From assembly GCA_963806225.1 (NCBI GenBank), contig CAWDXG010000001.1, positions 768,001-832,000 of the forward strand: a stretch of 64,000 bases of DNA, given 5' to 3'. Positions within the stretch are counted from its first letter, which is position 1. Each line of letters begins with the position of its first letter. Below, in pieces: positions 54,736-64,000 of this stretch. Position numbers and translations under genes: made by a program. The notes under the pieces were generated by a model. It was not told where the DNA came from. It worked only from the letters and a program-made list of their open reading frames with translations, and made no database searches. This stretch comes from an uncultured delta proteobacterium (GTDB taxonomy: Bacteria; Myxococcota_A; Polyangia; Polyangiales; Polyangiaceae).

Positions 54736-55428
54736 CTACGCTGTGCGCGGGTCGAACACGGCGAGCTCGTCGAGCGATTTGCGACGGAGGTCGGGCACCG
54801 TCGCGTCGGCGGCGGGGTAGCCGATGGGGAAGAGGATGTACGGCTTCTCGCTCTTCGGGCGACCGAGGATGCGCGTGAGGAAGCCCATCGGGCTCGGCGT
54901 GTGGGTCAGCGTCGCGAGCCCCATCTGGTGCAGGGCGGCGATGAACATTCCGCAGGCAATGCCGACGCTTTCCTTCACGTAGTAGTTCTTGCGGCGGCTG
55001 CCGTCTGCATCCACGCCGTACAGCTCCTCGAACACCACGACGATCCACGGCACCGTCTCCAGGTACGGCTTGTGCCAGTCGGTGCCGAGCGGCGCGAGCG
55101 CTTCCAGCCATTCGGGCGGCATGCGTCCGCCCTCGTAGCTTTCGCGCTCCTCGGCTTCGGCGGCGATGCGGATCTCGCGTTTGATGTCCGGATCGCTCAC
55201 CGCGACGAAGCGCCAGGGCTGGCGGTGGGCGCCCGAGGGTGCGGTGCCGGCCGTCTGGATGGCGAGCTCCAAGGCCTCGCGGGGGACGGGCTCGTCGGAG
55301 AAGAAGCGGCAGCTCCGCCGCTGGTTCATCCGCTCATAGAAGGCGCGGCCGCGCTCGAGCATCTCGGCCGGCTCCACGCGCTCGGGGTGGTAGGGAATGA
55401 AGGCGCGCTCCTGTCGTTCCGCGGACAT
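54736..55428 (-). CDS. Nitroreductase family, iodotyrosine deiodinase-like
   Basis: RRSCRFFS, TAPSGAHRQPW, AE.EE..SY..RM..EW..L.PLGT.W.KPYLE, LTHTPSP. Confidence 0.85.
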   Translation of the reverse strand: MSAERQERAFIPYHPERVEPAEMLERGRAFYERMNQRRSCRFFSDEPVPREALELAIQTAGTAPSGAHRQPWRFVAVSDPDIKREIRIAAEAEERESYEGGRMPPEWLEALAPLGTDWHKPYLETVPWIVVVFEELYGVDADGSRRKNYYVKESVGIACGMFIAALHQMGLATLTHTPSPMGFLTRILGRPKSEKPYILFPIGYPAADATVPDLRRKSLDELAVFDPRTA

Positions 55429-55608
55429 GGCGCGGAGTGTAGGGGAAAGCGCCCTGCGGCGTCAGCCGCGTGGAACAAGTACTCCGGCGTTGTGTCTGTC
55501 CAGGGGTCATGCCGAGGGCCGCCGGGATAGCTCTGCTAAGGTCGCCCTGCCCTGCAAGCTGAAGCTGCTTCCGTCGAGCTTCGTGCGCGCGACGCCGTAG
55601 CCGCGGCT

Positions 55609-57225
55609 TCAGTGCTTCTGGTGCTTGCCGCGCTTGTCGCTCTTGCGCGAGCGGCCGTGGTGGTGATGGCGCTCGGCGGTGCGGTGGTGTTTCGCGGCAT
55701 GATGCGCCTTGGCGTGCTGTGCGACGCGCTTGTCCTTGTGGCTGGCGGCGTGCCGTGTCTTGTGAGCCACGCGCTTCGCGGAATGCCGCGTGCGCCGGTC
55801 GGCGTGCTTCGCGCGTTTCGCGAGCCGCTTGACGGGCGCCGCGCGGTGCGTCGCGGGATGCTGATGTCGCGCGGAGTGGCTGCGCGCCTTGGCGGAGCGC
55901 TTCGCGTGCTGCGCGTGCTTGGCGTGGCCGGCGTGGCTGTGATGCCCGGACGAGTGCGGGTCGGTCTTGGCGGTGCGCTCGGCGTGCTTCGACGGATGCG
56001 GGTCGTGCTGGTCCGCGCGCTTCGCGGAGCGGCGGTCCTGCTGGTGTTCGCCGGCGTGTTTCGAGGCGTGCTTGTCGGCGCCGGCAGGGCGGTCGTGATG
56101 CGTGGAGGACGCCTTGTCGTGCTGGTCGTGCCGCCTGTCGGTGTTGTCCGTCTTGGCCAGCTTGCCGCTCGCCTGCGGCGCGTCGTCGTCCTTCGGCGCG
56201 GTCTCGTCGGCGAGCTTCGTTGCGTGCTTCTTGGGATGGTGATGGTGCCGATGTCCGGGCAGATAGCGCGGCAGCATCGCCAGCGTCACGCCGAGCGGCA
56301 GGACGCCGAAGTGGAAGTGGCTGGCGTGATCGGCGTTGCTGTCAGGCGTCAGCACCTCGCGGAACAGTCCCATCGCCTTGACGCGGCACCCGACCTGGTC
56401 GAGCACCGGCGCCGCGGGGCTGCAGCCCGCGCTGCCCATGCCGCGCGTGAACGCCTTCGACACCTTGTGCATCCTGCCGTCGGCGACCATGCCCTCGATG
56501 TCGATGGCCAGTCCGTAGGCGTGAAGGCTGAGCCGCCCGACCCGCGCCATGCGGTACGAGTAGGTGCCGATGTAGCGCACCTCGGTCACGCCGATCTGCT
56601 TCAGGACGGGCGCGATCCACTCCAGCGCGACCACGAAGCGGCAGTCGGCGACCAGCGGTCGCTTGCCCCACGAGCGGTAGCGGATGCCGCCGATGGGAGT
56701 CTTGACCGACACCGGCGTCTTGATGCCCTTGACGTGATCGAGCCGCGAGTAGAGCAGATGGAAGCCGTCGAGCATCTCCAGGCAGGCGCTGCCGCCGGGG
56801 ATGTGCGAGCTCGAGACGTGCGCGGTTGGCGGCGGCGGCACGCGTCGCAGCATCTTCTTCAATGCGGCAATCTCGTCGGCCGGCGGCTTCACGCTGTGTG
56901 CGTCCGGCAGGTCCGGCGAAAGCAACGGTGCCGGTTCGGTCAGGCTGCCCGGCGCAGCAGGTGCTACGGCCGGTGCGCCGATCAGGTTCGAGCGCGGTGC
57001 GGCCGCCCCCGAAGGGCGCGGGCTCGACCGGAGCGGTTGCGCCGCGAGCCTCGCCGGACCTGCCCACGCCCAGGCGGCGGCAGTCCGCGATGTGGCGCCC
57101 CAGGGCGCCGCGGCGGGCCTCGCGACCGGCGCGGCCGCCTGGAGCGGCGCGGCCGGCGGCACCGTCTCGCGCGCGCAGCCTGCTGCCAGCACGACCAGCG
57201 ACAGCGGCACGAGGGGGCAACGCAT
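55609..57225 (-). CDS. Extensin-like C-terminal domain lipoprotein with His/Lys-rich tail
   Basis: Lipobox AAGC; DCR, YSYR...LSLHAYGLAIDI, VLTPDSNADH..HFH; roughly 210-aa H/K/A/R-rich C-terminus. Confidence 0.75.
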   Translation of the reverse strand: MRCPLVPLSLVVLAAGCARETVPPAAPLQAAAPVARPAAAPWGATSRTAAAWAWAGPARLAAQPLRSSPRPSGAAAPRSNLIGAPAVAPAAPGSLTEPAPLLSPDLPDAHSVKPPADEIAALKKMLRRVPPPPTAHVSSSHIPGGSACLEMLDGFHLLYSRLDHVKGIKTPVSVKTPIGGIRYRSWGKRPLVADCRFVVALEWIAPVLKQIGVTEVRYIGTYSYRMARVGRLSLHAYGLAIDIEGMVADGRMHKVSKAFTRGMGSAGCSPAAPVLDQVGCRVKAMGLFREVLTPDSNADHASHFHFGVLPLGVTLAMLPRYLPGHRHHHHPKKHATKLADETAPKDDDAPQASGKLAKTDNTDRRHDQHDKASSTHHDRPAGADKHASKHAGEHQQDRRSAKRADQHDPHPSKHAERTAKTDPHSSGHHSHAGHAKHAQHAKRSAKARSHSARHQHPATHRAAPVKRLAKRAKHADRRTRHSAKRVAHKTRHAASHKDKRVAQHAKAHHAAKHHRTAERHHHHGRSRKSDKRGKHQKH

Positions 57226-57348
57226 GACCTGGCCGGTTGTCGCATGCGCCGGTCAAGCCACCCAAGAAACCCGATGAAGGCTACCGGAGTACTGTACGTA
57301 CAGGGAGTGGCCCGGCGCTCGGGCTGTTCCTGTTCTAGGCTATCGTCT

Positions 57349-58279
57349 GTGACCGCTCCCCATCCGCCGCAACACCGCCCGAAGCCGTTTGCCCGGAAGT
57401 TCCGCCCGGGCTTCATGGGGATGACCATTGGTCTGGCGCTGGTGGTGACGCCGGCGATCGGGCTCTTGGCGGAACATCTCGACGACCCTGCGGCGGTGCG
57501 CGAGGCGCAGGCCGAGGAGGCCGACCAGGACGCGCGCGACGCGATGCTGAAACGAGGTTGGGCGCCATTTCCCGATCAGGGCCCCGGCGCCGACAGCGCC
57601 GCGCACTTACTGAAGTCGCGCGACGTTCGAGCTGCTGCACGCGACGAAGAGTTTCCGTCTCGATCTCGGCGGTGGCCCCCTGCACGGGCGCGCGGCGTCG
57701 GCCGCCGACAGCGCCCGGGCGGCGCGTGTCGTGGCAGCCGAGCTCCGGCGTTATCCGCGCGCGTTCCTCGGGGCGAGCCGTTTCCGTCGCGTGCTGCTGT
57801 GCAGCGGGCTCGCGGAGGGCAAGACCGACATCCCGTCGCTGCCCAACTACGAGCACACGTTGCTGCTCGACATCGACGCCAAGCCCTTCGAGCTTCGCCG
57901 CCTGCTCGATCACGAGCTGTTTCACTTCGCCGACTACGCCGACGACAACGACGTCCAGCACGACCCCGCGTGGGACAAGCTGAACGACCACTGGTTCACC
58001 TACGGTGACGGCGGACGCTTCATGCGCGACCCCGACAGCGCGAAGCTCACGACCAAGCTCCCCGGTTTCGTCACCCGCTACGCCACCTCGGCCCTGGAAG
58101 AAGACAAGGCGGAAACCTTCGCCTTCATGATGGTTGCGCCGCAGAAGGTGGTCGCCATGGCCTCGCGCGATCCGATCCTGAAGAAGAAGATCCTCGCCGT
58201 CGAACGGCAGCTCGCGCGGCTGAGCCCGTCCATCGACGCGCGGTTCTGGGCGGCGCAGGGGCTTTCGGGGGTGCGGTAG
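57349..58279 (+). CDS. Putative zinc-binding metallopeptidase, frameshifted near 57600-57720
   Basis: LDHELFHF (HExxH), GFVTRYA.S..EEDKAE; N-terminal transmembrane segment in another frame. Confidence 0.65.
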
Positions 58280-58529
58280 AGCTCCTGGGGATGCAACGCT
58301 CGCGCTGCGTCACCGGGATCCAGACTCGCTCCGATCTTTTCTTCGTGGGAAGCCGCCTGACCGGACGACGACGGCGCCAGAGGTCGAGATGACAGAAGAG
58401 GAAGCCGGCAATTCCCGCCTGTCGGAGCGCTGGTATGCCGCGGCGCGTCGTGACAGGTATCAGGTCCGCCCCCCACAGCCGCGCGCGTCGGAGCTAGGGT
58501 TCGGCCCCCACCCCAAAGGAGGGCTGAAG

Positions 58530-59870
58530 ATGACCAGCTCCGTCGAAGCATTCATGGACAGCTTGCAGAACAAGAACCCGGGAGAGACCGAGTTCCTCCA
58601 GGCCGCACACGAAGTCGTCGAATCCGTGATGCCGGTGATCGAGAAGAACCCGGCGTACAGGAATGCCCGCATCCTCGAACGTATGACCGAGCCGGAGCGC
58701 GTGATCATGTTCCGCGTCCCGTGGGTCGACGATCGCGGCGAGGTCCAGATCAACCGGGGCTTCCGTATCGAGATGAACAGCGCGCTCGGACCGTACAAGG
58801 GCGGCTTGCGCTTCCACCCGCAGGTGCGGCTCGGCGTGTTGAAGTTCCTCGCGTTCGAGCAGGTGTTCAAGAACAGCCTGACCACGCTGCAGATGGGCGG
58901 CGGCAAGGGTGGTAGCGATTTCGATCCGAAGGGCAAGAGCGACATGGAGGTGATGCGCTTCTGCCAGGCGTTCATGAGCGAGCTGTTCCGGCACATCGGT
59001 CCGAACACGGACGTGCCGGCAGGCGATGTGGGCGTGGGTGCCCGCGAGATCGGCTACCTGTTCGGCCAGTACAAGAAGCTCAGGAACGAGTTCACCGGCG
59101 TCCTCACCGGCAAGGGTCTGAACTGGGGTGGCTCGCTGATCCGTCCGGAGGCCACGGGCTACGGCGCCGTGTACTTCGCCCAGGAGATGCTCGCGACGCG
59201 GAAGAAGGAGATCAAGGGGCTGACCGTGACCGTCTCGGGTAGCGGCAACGTCGCGCAGTACGCCGTCGAGAAGATCAACGATCTCGGCGGCAAGGTCGTC
59301 ACGCTCTCCGATTCCGGCGGCGCGATCCACGACCCGGACGGCATCGGGCCCGAGAAGCTGGCCTGGGTCATGAAGCTCAAGAACGGCAGGCGCGGCCGCA
59401 TCCAAGAATACGAGCAGCAGTTCAAGGGCTCGAAGTTCATCGAAGGCGGAAAGGCCTGGGCAATCCCCTGTGACATCGCTCTGCCCTGCGCGATCGAGAA
59501 CGAGCTGGACGGCGACGATGCGCGCACGCTCGTGAAGAACGGCTGCATCTGCGTCTCGGAGGGCGCGAACATGCCCACCACGCCCGAAGGCATCGACGTC
59601 TTCCGCGACAGCAAGGTCCTCTACGGTCCGGGCAAGGCTGCGAACGCCGGCGGCGTCGCGACGTCGGGCCTGGAGATGGCGCAGAATTCCCAGCACATGA
59701 GCTGGACGCGGGAGGAGGTCGACGACCGCCTCCACATCATCATGTGCTCGATCCACGAGGAGTGCGTGAAGCACGGCAAGCAGGGCGACTTCATCGATTA
59801 CGTCGTGGGCGCAAACGTCGCCGGATTCGTCAAGGTGGCGGACGCCATGCTCGACCAGGGCATTGTCTAG
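58530..59870 (+). CDS. gdhA: NADP-specific glutamate dehydrogenase
   Basis: AAGGAGG SD; GPYKGGLRFH, GGGKGGSDF, DVPAGD, RPEATGYG, GSGNVA, PGKAANAGGV. Confidence 0.96.
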   Translation: MTSSVEAFMDSLQNKNPGETEFLQAAHEVVESVMPVIEKNPAYRNARILERMTEPERVIMFRVPWVDDRGEVQINRGFRIEMNSALGPYKGGLRFHPQVRLGVLKFLAFEQVFKNSLTTLQMGGGKGGSDFDPKGKSDMEVMRFCQAFMSELFRHIGPNTDVPAGDVGVGAREIGYLFGQYKKLRNEFTGVLTGKGLNWGGSLIRPEATGYGAVYFAQEMLATRKKEIKGLTVTVSGSGNVAQYAVEKINDLGGKVVTLSDSGGAIHDPDGIGPEKLAWVMKLKNGRRGRIQEYEQQFKGSKFIEGGKAWAIPCDIALPCAIENELDGDDARTLVKNGCICVSEGANMPTTPEGIDVFRDSKVLYGPGKAANAGGVATSGLEMAQNSQHMSWTREEVDDRLHIIMCSIHEECVKHGKQGDFIDYVVGANVAGFVKVADAMLDQGIV

Positions 59871-59928
59871 TTCTTCCCCCGCCGGCTCCTTGCAGGGGCG
59901 CGGGGAGTCGGCAGACTAGTCCTGGACG

Positions 59929-62919
59929 ATGCCCAACAAGCCGTCACGCCCAGCACTTCCGCGGATCCGGGCGCATTGGCGCGAGCTGTTCCACTCGCTC
60001 ATGCCGTACCGCATCCGCGAGGTGCTGCTCGTGTCCAGCGCGTACGACGCCTTCCTGCTCGAAGAAGACGGAGTGCTGCCGCACCGGATCTTCGCGGACT
60101 TTGCCGAGCTCGAGCTGACCTGGGCGCCGCGCATCACGCACGCCGCCACCGCAGAGGCCGCTCTCACGCTGCTGCGCCGCCGCCCGTTCCAGCTGGTGGT
60201 CATCGCGACGTCTCTAGTCGGCACCAACGCGGTGGAGCTGGGTCGGCAGCTCCGCGTGCTGCATCCGTCGTTGCCGCTCGTGCTGATGGTCTTCGACGAG
60301 GCCCAGCTCCAGGCGGTGACCCCGGCGCTGCCCCAGCACTTCGATCAGGTGTTCCTGTGGAGCGGAGACAGCAGCATCTTGATCGCCATCGTCAAGCTGA
60401 TCGAGGACTCGCTCAACATCGAGCACGACGTCGAGGTGGCGGACGTCCAGGTCGTGCTGGTGGTCGAGGACAGCGTGCGCGCGTACTCGACCTTCCTCAC
60501 GCAGCTCTACCCGGAGCTGTTGCGTCAATCGCGCAGCTTGATCGCCGAGGGCGTCAACGAGTTCCATCGGCTGCTCCGCATCCACGCACGTCCGAAGATC
60601 GTGCTGACGCGCAGCTACGAGCACGCGCTTCACGTTGCCAGCCGCTGGGCCAGGAACCTGATGGGCGCGATGAGCGACGTTGAGTTCCCGCGCCAGGGCG
60701 AGCTCGACTCCGAAGCCGGCATCGACCTGACGCGGGTGCTCCAGACGCAGGACGATCCGCCGCCCGTGCTCCTGCAGTCGTCGGATGCTTCCGCCGCCGA
60801 GCGCGCGCGCGAGCTGGAAGTCGTGTTCGCGGACAAGAACTCGCCGGACGCGATGAACACGGTGCGCTCGTTTTTGCAGGAGCGCATGGGTTTCGGCGAC
60901 TTCGTGTTCCGCCTCCCCGACGGCACGCCGGTCGGCGACGCGCGCAGCGTCTCGGAAATGGTCGAGGCGCTCGAACACGTGCCGACCGAGTCGATCCTGC
61001 ATCACGCCCAGCGTCACGACTTCTCGCGCTGGCTCAAGGCGCGCTCGATGTTCCAGATCGCGCGCCATACGCGCGGGGTGACGCTCGAGGACTTCCGCAC
61101 GCCGGAAAAGGTCCGCGACTACCTGCGCGACCTGCTCCGCGAGGCTTCAGATCACGATCAGGCCGGGGCCGTCACGGACATGCGCTCCGCGACGCGTTCC
61201 CCCAGCAATCGCTTCGTACGACTCGGCGACGGGTCCATCGGTGGGAAGGCACGCAGCATCGGATTTTGCAGCGCAATCCTGGTGCAGGAACAGCTCCAGC
61301 ATCGCTACGACGAGCTCGAAATCAACATTCCCAGAACCGTGGCCATCGGGGTGGCTGAATACGACCGCTTTGTCCAGTCGGCGGATCTCAGGAACATCGA
61401 GCAACTGGACGACAGCGAGCTGCGTCGCAGACTGCTCGCGGCTCCCCTCTCCGACGAGATGCTGTCCGAGCTCAGGGACGTCTACACCGGCTTCGAGGGT
61501 CCCCTCGCGGTACGTTCCTCGAGCCTCAGGGAAGACGCCCGCTTCCAGCCGTTCGCCGGCGTGTACGCCACGTACATGCTGCCGAACAACCATCCGGACC
61601 CGGAAGTCCGCTTCTCGGAGCTCTGCCGCGCCATCAAGGCGGTGTACGCGTCGATGTTCACGCGCGAGACCCGGATTTATTCGGCGGGGCATCCCCACGG
61701 CGCCGAGGACGAGAAGATGGCCGTGGTGGTGCAGCAGGTCGTGGGTCAGCGTTTCGGGGATCGCTTCTATCCGCATATCTCCGGCGTCGTACAGTCGTTC
61801 AACTACTACCCGGTCGGCCCGCAGCGCGCGGATGAAGGGCTCGCCGTGATCGCGCTAGGGCTCGGGCAGATGGTCGTAGCGGGAGGCGGTGGGCTGCGTT
61901 TCAGCCCCGCACACCCCAACGTCCTTCCGCAGTTCAACAGCCCGGAGCAGGTGCTCGAATTCTCGCAGCGCGAGTTCTACGCGCTCGACTTGAGCTCGCC
62001 TCTGGTGGACCTCTTCGCCGACCCGGGCGACCTGCTCGGCCTGTACGACCTCGAAGTGGCCGAAGCCGACGGCACGCTGGCCGTCGCCGGCAGCGTGTAC
62101 TCCCCGGACGACAACGCGATTCGCGAGAACCTCGGTCTCGCGGGGCCACGCGTCGTCACCTTCGCCAATGTGCTCAGGTGGAAAGCCATCCCGCTCGCGC
62201 CGGCCCTGCGCGACCTGCTCGCCGCTTTGCGCAAGGCAATGAGCTCCGAAGTCGAGATCGAGTTCGCCGTCGACATGGGGGATTGGGGAAGAACGCCGCC
62301 CGCCGATCGCGAGCGCTACACGCCGCGCCTGTACGTGCTCCAGGCCCGCCCCATGGCGGGCTACCAGGACGGGCCGTGCGACGTCGATCCGGACGCATTT
62401 TGCGACGAGGAGCTGTTGGTGCGCGCGGGCAGGTCGCTGGGCAACGGTCGCATCGACGACATCCAGGACATCGTGTACGTCCGCAGCAGCGACATCGACT
62501 CGGCTGGCTCCCGCGCTGCGGCGCGCGAGCTCTGCGAGTTCGACCGCGAGATCGGTGCCCAGGGGCGGCGCTACTTGTTGATCGGTCCGGGGCGCTGGGG
62601 TTCCTCGGATGCCCGCCTCGGCATCCCGGTGGAGTGGCTGCACATCTCCAACGCGCGCGTGATCGTCGAGATGCCGCTGCGCGGCGAATCCCTGGAGTCG
62701 TCGCAGGGCACGCATTTCTTCCACAACCTGACGGCCGCGCGGCTCGGCTATCTGACCGTGACGCCGGAGACGAACGGCCTGGTCGACATTGCCTGGCTGG
62801 AAGCAGAGCCGGCAGTGCGCGAGACCGAGCTGGTGCGGCACGTGAAGCTCGAGCGCCCGCTCGCGGTCCAGCTGGACGGACGACACGGACGCGCCGTCGT
62901 CGTCAAACCGGCGCGATAG
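59929..62919 (+). CDS. Receiver-like plus PEP/pyruvate-binding (PPDK_N ATP-grasp) domain protein
   Basis: EVLLVSS.YDAF.LEEDG, VLVVEDS, GSIGGKAR, LAVRSSS..ED...PFAG.Y, KMAVVVQ, LIGPGRWGS, SQGTHFF.NL. Confidence 0.85.
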   Translation: MPNKPSRPALPRIRAHWRELFHSLMPYRIREVLLVSSAYDAFLLEEDGVLPHRIFADFAELELTWAPRITHAATAEAALTLLRRRPFQLVVIATSLVGTNAVELGRQLRVLHPSLPLVLMVFDEAQLQAVTPALPQHFDQVFLWSGDSSILIAIVKLIEDSLNIEHDVEVADVQVVLVVEDSVRAYSTFLTQLYPELLRQSRSLIAEGVNEFHRLLRIHARPKIVLTRSYEHALHVASRWARNLMGAMSDVEFPRQGELDSEAGIDLTRVLQTQDDPPPVLLQSSDASAAERARELEVVFADKNSPDAMNTVRSFLQERMGFGDFVFRLPDGTPVGDARSVSEMVEALEHVPTESILHHAQRHDFSRWLKARSMFQIARHTRGVTLEDFRTPEKVRDYLRDLLREASDHDQAGAVTDMRSATRSPSNRFVRLGDGSIGGKARSIGFCSAILVQEQLQHRYDELEINIPRTVAIGVAEYDRFVQSADLRNIEQLDDSELRRRLLAAPLSDEMLSELRDVYTGFEGPLAVRSSSLREDARFQPFAGVYATYMLPNNHPDPEVRFSELCRAIKAVYASMFTRETRIYSAGHPHGAEDEKMAVVVQQVVGQRFGDRFYPHISGVVQSFNYYPVGPQRADEGLAVIALGLGQMVVAGGGGLRFSPAHPNVLPQFNSPEQVLEFSQREFYALDLSSPLVDLFADPGDLLGLYDLEVAEADGTLAVAGSVYSPDDNAIRENLGLAGPRVVTFANVLRWKAIPLAPALRDLLAALRKAMSSEVEIEFAVDMGDWGRTPPADRERYTPRLYVLQARPMAGYQDGPCDVDPDAFCDEELLVRAGRSLGNGRIDDIQDIVYVRSSDIDSAGSRAAARELCEFDREIGAQGRRYLLIGPGRWGSSDARLGIPVEWLHISNARVIVEMPLRGESLESSQGTHFFHNLTAARLGYLTVTPETNGLVDIAWLEAEPAVRETELVRHVKLERPLAVQLDGRHGRAVVVKPAR

Positions 62920-63017
62920 GAGACCGCGCTGTCCGCGCGGCGCCGAGCAGTCGCGAATCCTCTGGGCTCGCCGCGGCTCCAATGCGATACGAGTTTCCCC
63001 AGATGGGAGTCGAACCA

Positions 63018-63620
63018 GTGACAGATCTGTTCAAGGAAAAGGCGGAAGACTTCGACCAGAGAGACGTTCCGAAGCTCCTCTCCGCGGGGATCGGCGCCTG
63101 CATTGTCGAAAAGGTCGAGCTCCACGAGGGCATGGACGTGCTGGATTTCGGCGCCGGCACGGGGCTAGTCACCGCGCATGTCGCCAGCCGCGTGCGGAGC
63201 GTGACGGCACTCGACGTGTCGCAGGCGATGCTGGAAAAGCTCGCGTCCAAGGAGGAGCTCCGGGAAAAGGTCGACATCCTCCGCCAGAACATCCTGGAGC
63301 GTCCGATCGGCAGGCAGTTCGACCTCATCGTCAGTGCCATGGCCATGCACCACGTCGAGGACACCGACTTCTTGATCCAGCGCTTTGCCGAGCACCTCGA
63401 GCCTGGCGCCAGGGTCGCCCTGGCGGACCTCGATGCGGAGGACGGCAACTTCCATCCCGGGGATGCGGAGGGCGTTTTCCACGCAGGGTTCGATCGCGAT
63501 GCGCTCGGGGCGATCCTCGAAAAGCATGGCTTTCGGGACATCGACTTCTCCACTGCCGTCACGGTCGAGAAGGAAGAGCGGCGCTATCCGGTGTTTCTGG
63601 TCGTCGCCACCAGGAACTAG
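63018..63620 (+). CDS. Class I SAM-dependent methyltransferase
   Basis: VLDFGAGTG, DVSQAML, FDLIVSAMAMHH, DLD.EDG.FH. Confidence 0.88.
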   Translation: MTDLFKEKAEDFDQRDVPKLLSAGIGACIVEKVELHEGMDVLDFGAGTGLVTAHVASRVRSVTALDVSQAMLEKLASKEELREKVDILRQNILERPIGRQFDLIVSAMAMHHVEDTDFLIQRFAEHLEPGARVALADLDAEDGNFHPGDAEGVFHAGFDRDALGAILEKHGFRDIDFSTAVTVEKEERRYPVFLVVATRN

Positions 63621-63847
63621 CGGCTCGAGCCGCCTGCGCGCCGCTTCCCGGAATGCGCAAGCTGCCGCACCCGATCCACCACGCGCGCCAGCGTGAGCGC
63701 GCAGGGGAAACAGTTGCTGCCGCAGCAGCGGCGCCACACGTCGTCCTTCCGCGAGAGCAGGTCGCGGACCATGCCGCGGTAGGCTTCGTCCAGGAAGGCT
63801 TCTGCCATGGCCTGGTCGATGGCCGTGTCGAGATCCGGCTCCGCCAC
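63617..63847 (-). CDS. Small Cys-motif protein (CCGSNCFPC)
   Basis: About 76 aa with a CCxxxCxPC motif resembling the oxidoreductase-like N-terminal domain. Confidence 0.55.
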   Translation of the reverse strand: MAEPDLDTAIDQAMAEAFLDEAYRGMVRDLLSRKDDVWRRCCGSNCFPCALTLARVVDRVRQLAHSGKRRAGGSSR

Positions 63848-63923
63848 ACGTTCATGATGCAGGGATTTGGCCTCGCTGCCAGCCCTCCGGCGGCATTTCC
63901 GCTGCATGCTATGATCGGAGCAC

Positions 63924-64000
63924 TTGGCGAATATCGGCTACATCCAGGTCGTCCGGCACTGCAACCACTTCTGCGGTTTCTGCTCGAACCCGACGACGCC
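63924..64000 (+). CDS. Radical SAM protein, 3'-partial (not in the ORF track)
   Basis: TTG start, MANIGYIQVVRHCNHFCGFCSNPT containing CxxxCxxC, runs off the window edge. Confidence 0.75.
   Translation, partial: MANIGYIQVVRHCNHFCGFCSNPTT

Noticed and set aside
59876..59907. Intrinsic terminator after gdhA, and a similar hairpin after metH at about 29340-29369
   Set aside because: GC-rich stems are possible but there is no U-tract, so they cannot be supported.

Overview
High-GC bacterial chromosome segment. The gene repertoire points to Myxococcota, probably Polyangiaceae-like (inference): eukaryote-type Ser/Thr kinases, fibro-slime, vWA and Gly-rich lipoproteins, and ElbD/ElbE-like ether-lipid genes. 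I can support about 45 CDS, mostly housekeeping or envelope genes (maeB, metH with an ArsR-methyltransferase regulator, nadE, gdhA, mutH-like, GH31, L,D-transpeptidase). I saw no rRNA, tRNA, CRISPR array or transposase. Several genes carry single-base frameshifts, most likely sequencing or assembly indels. The most notable feature is a compact candidate RiPP-like operon at about 5.2-7.6 kb. It encodes a GNAT acyltransferase, a 9-codon ORF absent from the ORF track (GTG start, MKKFATGCF, strong Shine-Dalgarno), a heme-oxygenase-like diiron enzyme and a short YcaO-like protein. A perfect palindrome lies upstream. Downstream are a large Ser/Thr-kinase/AAA/GAF/His-kinase/receiver hybrid and a convergent B12-binding radical SAM gene. 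All calls come from motif recognition by eye, with no database searches.
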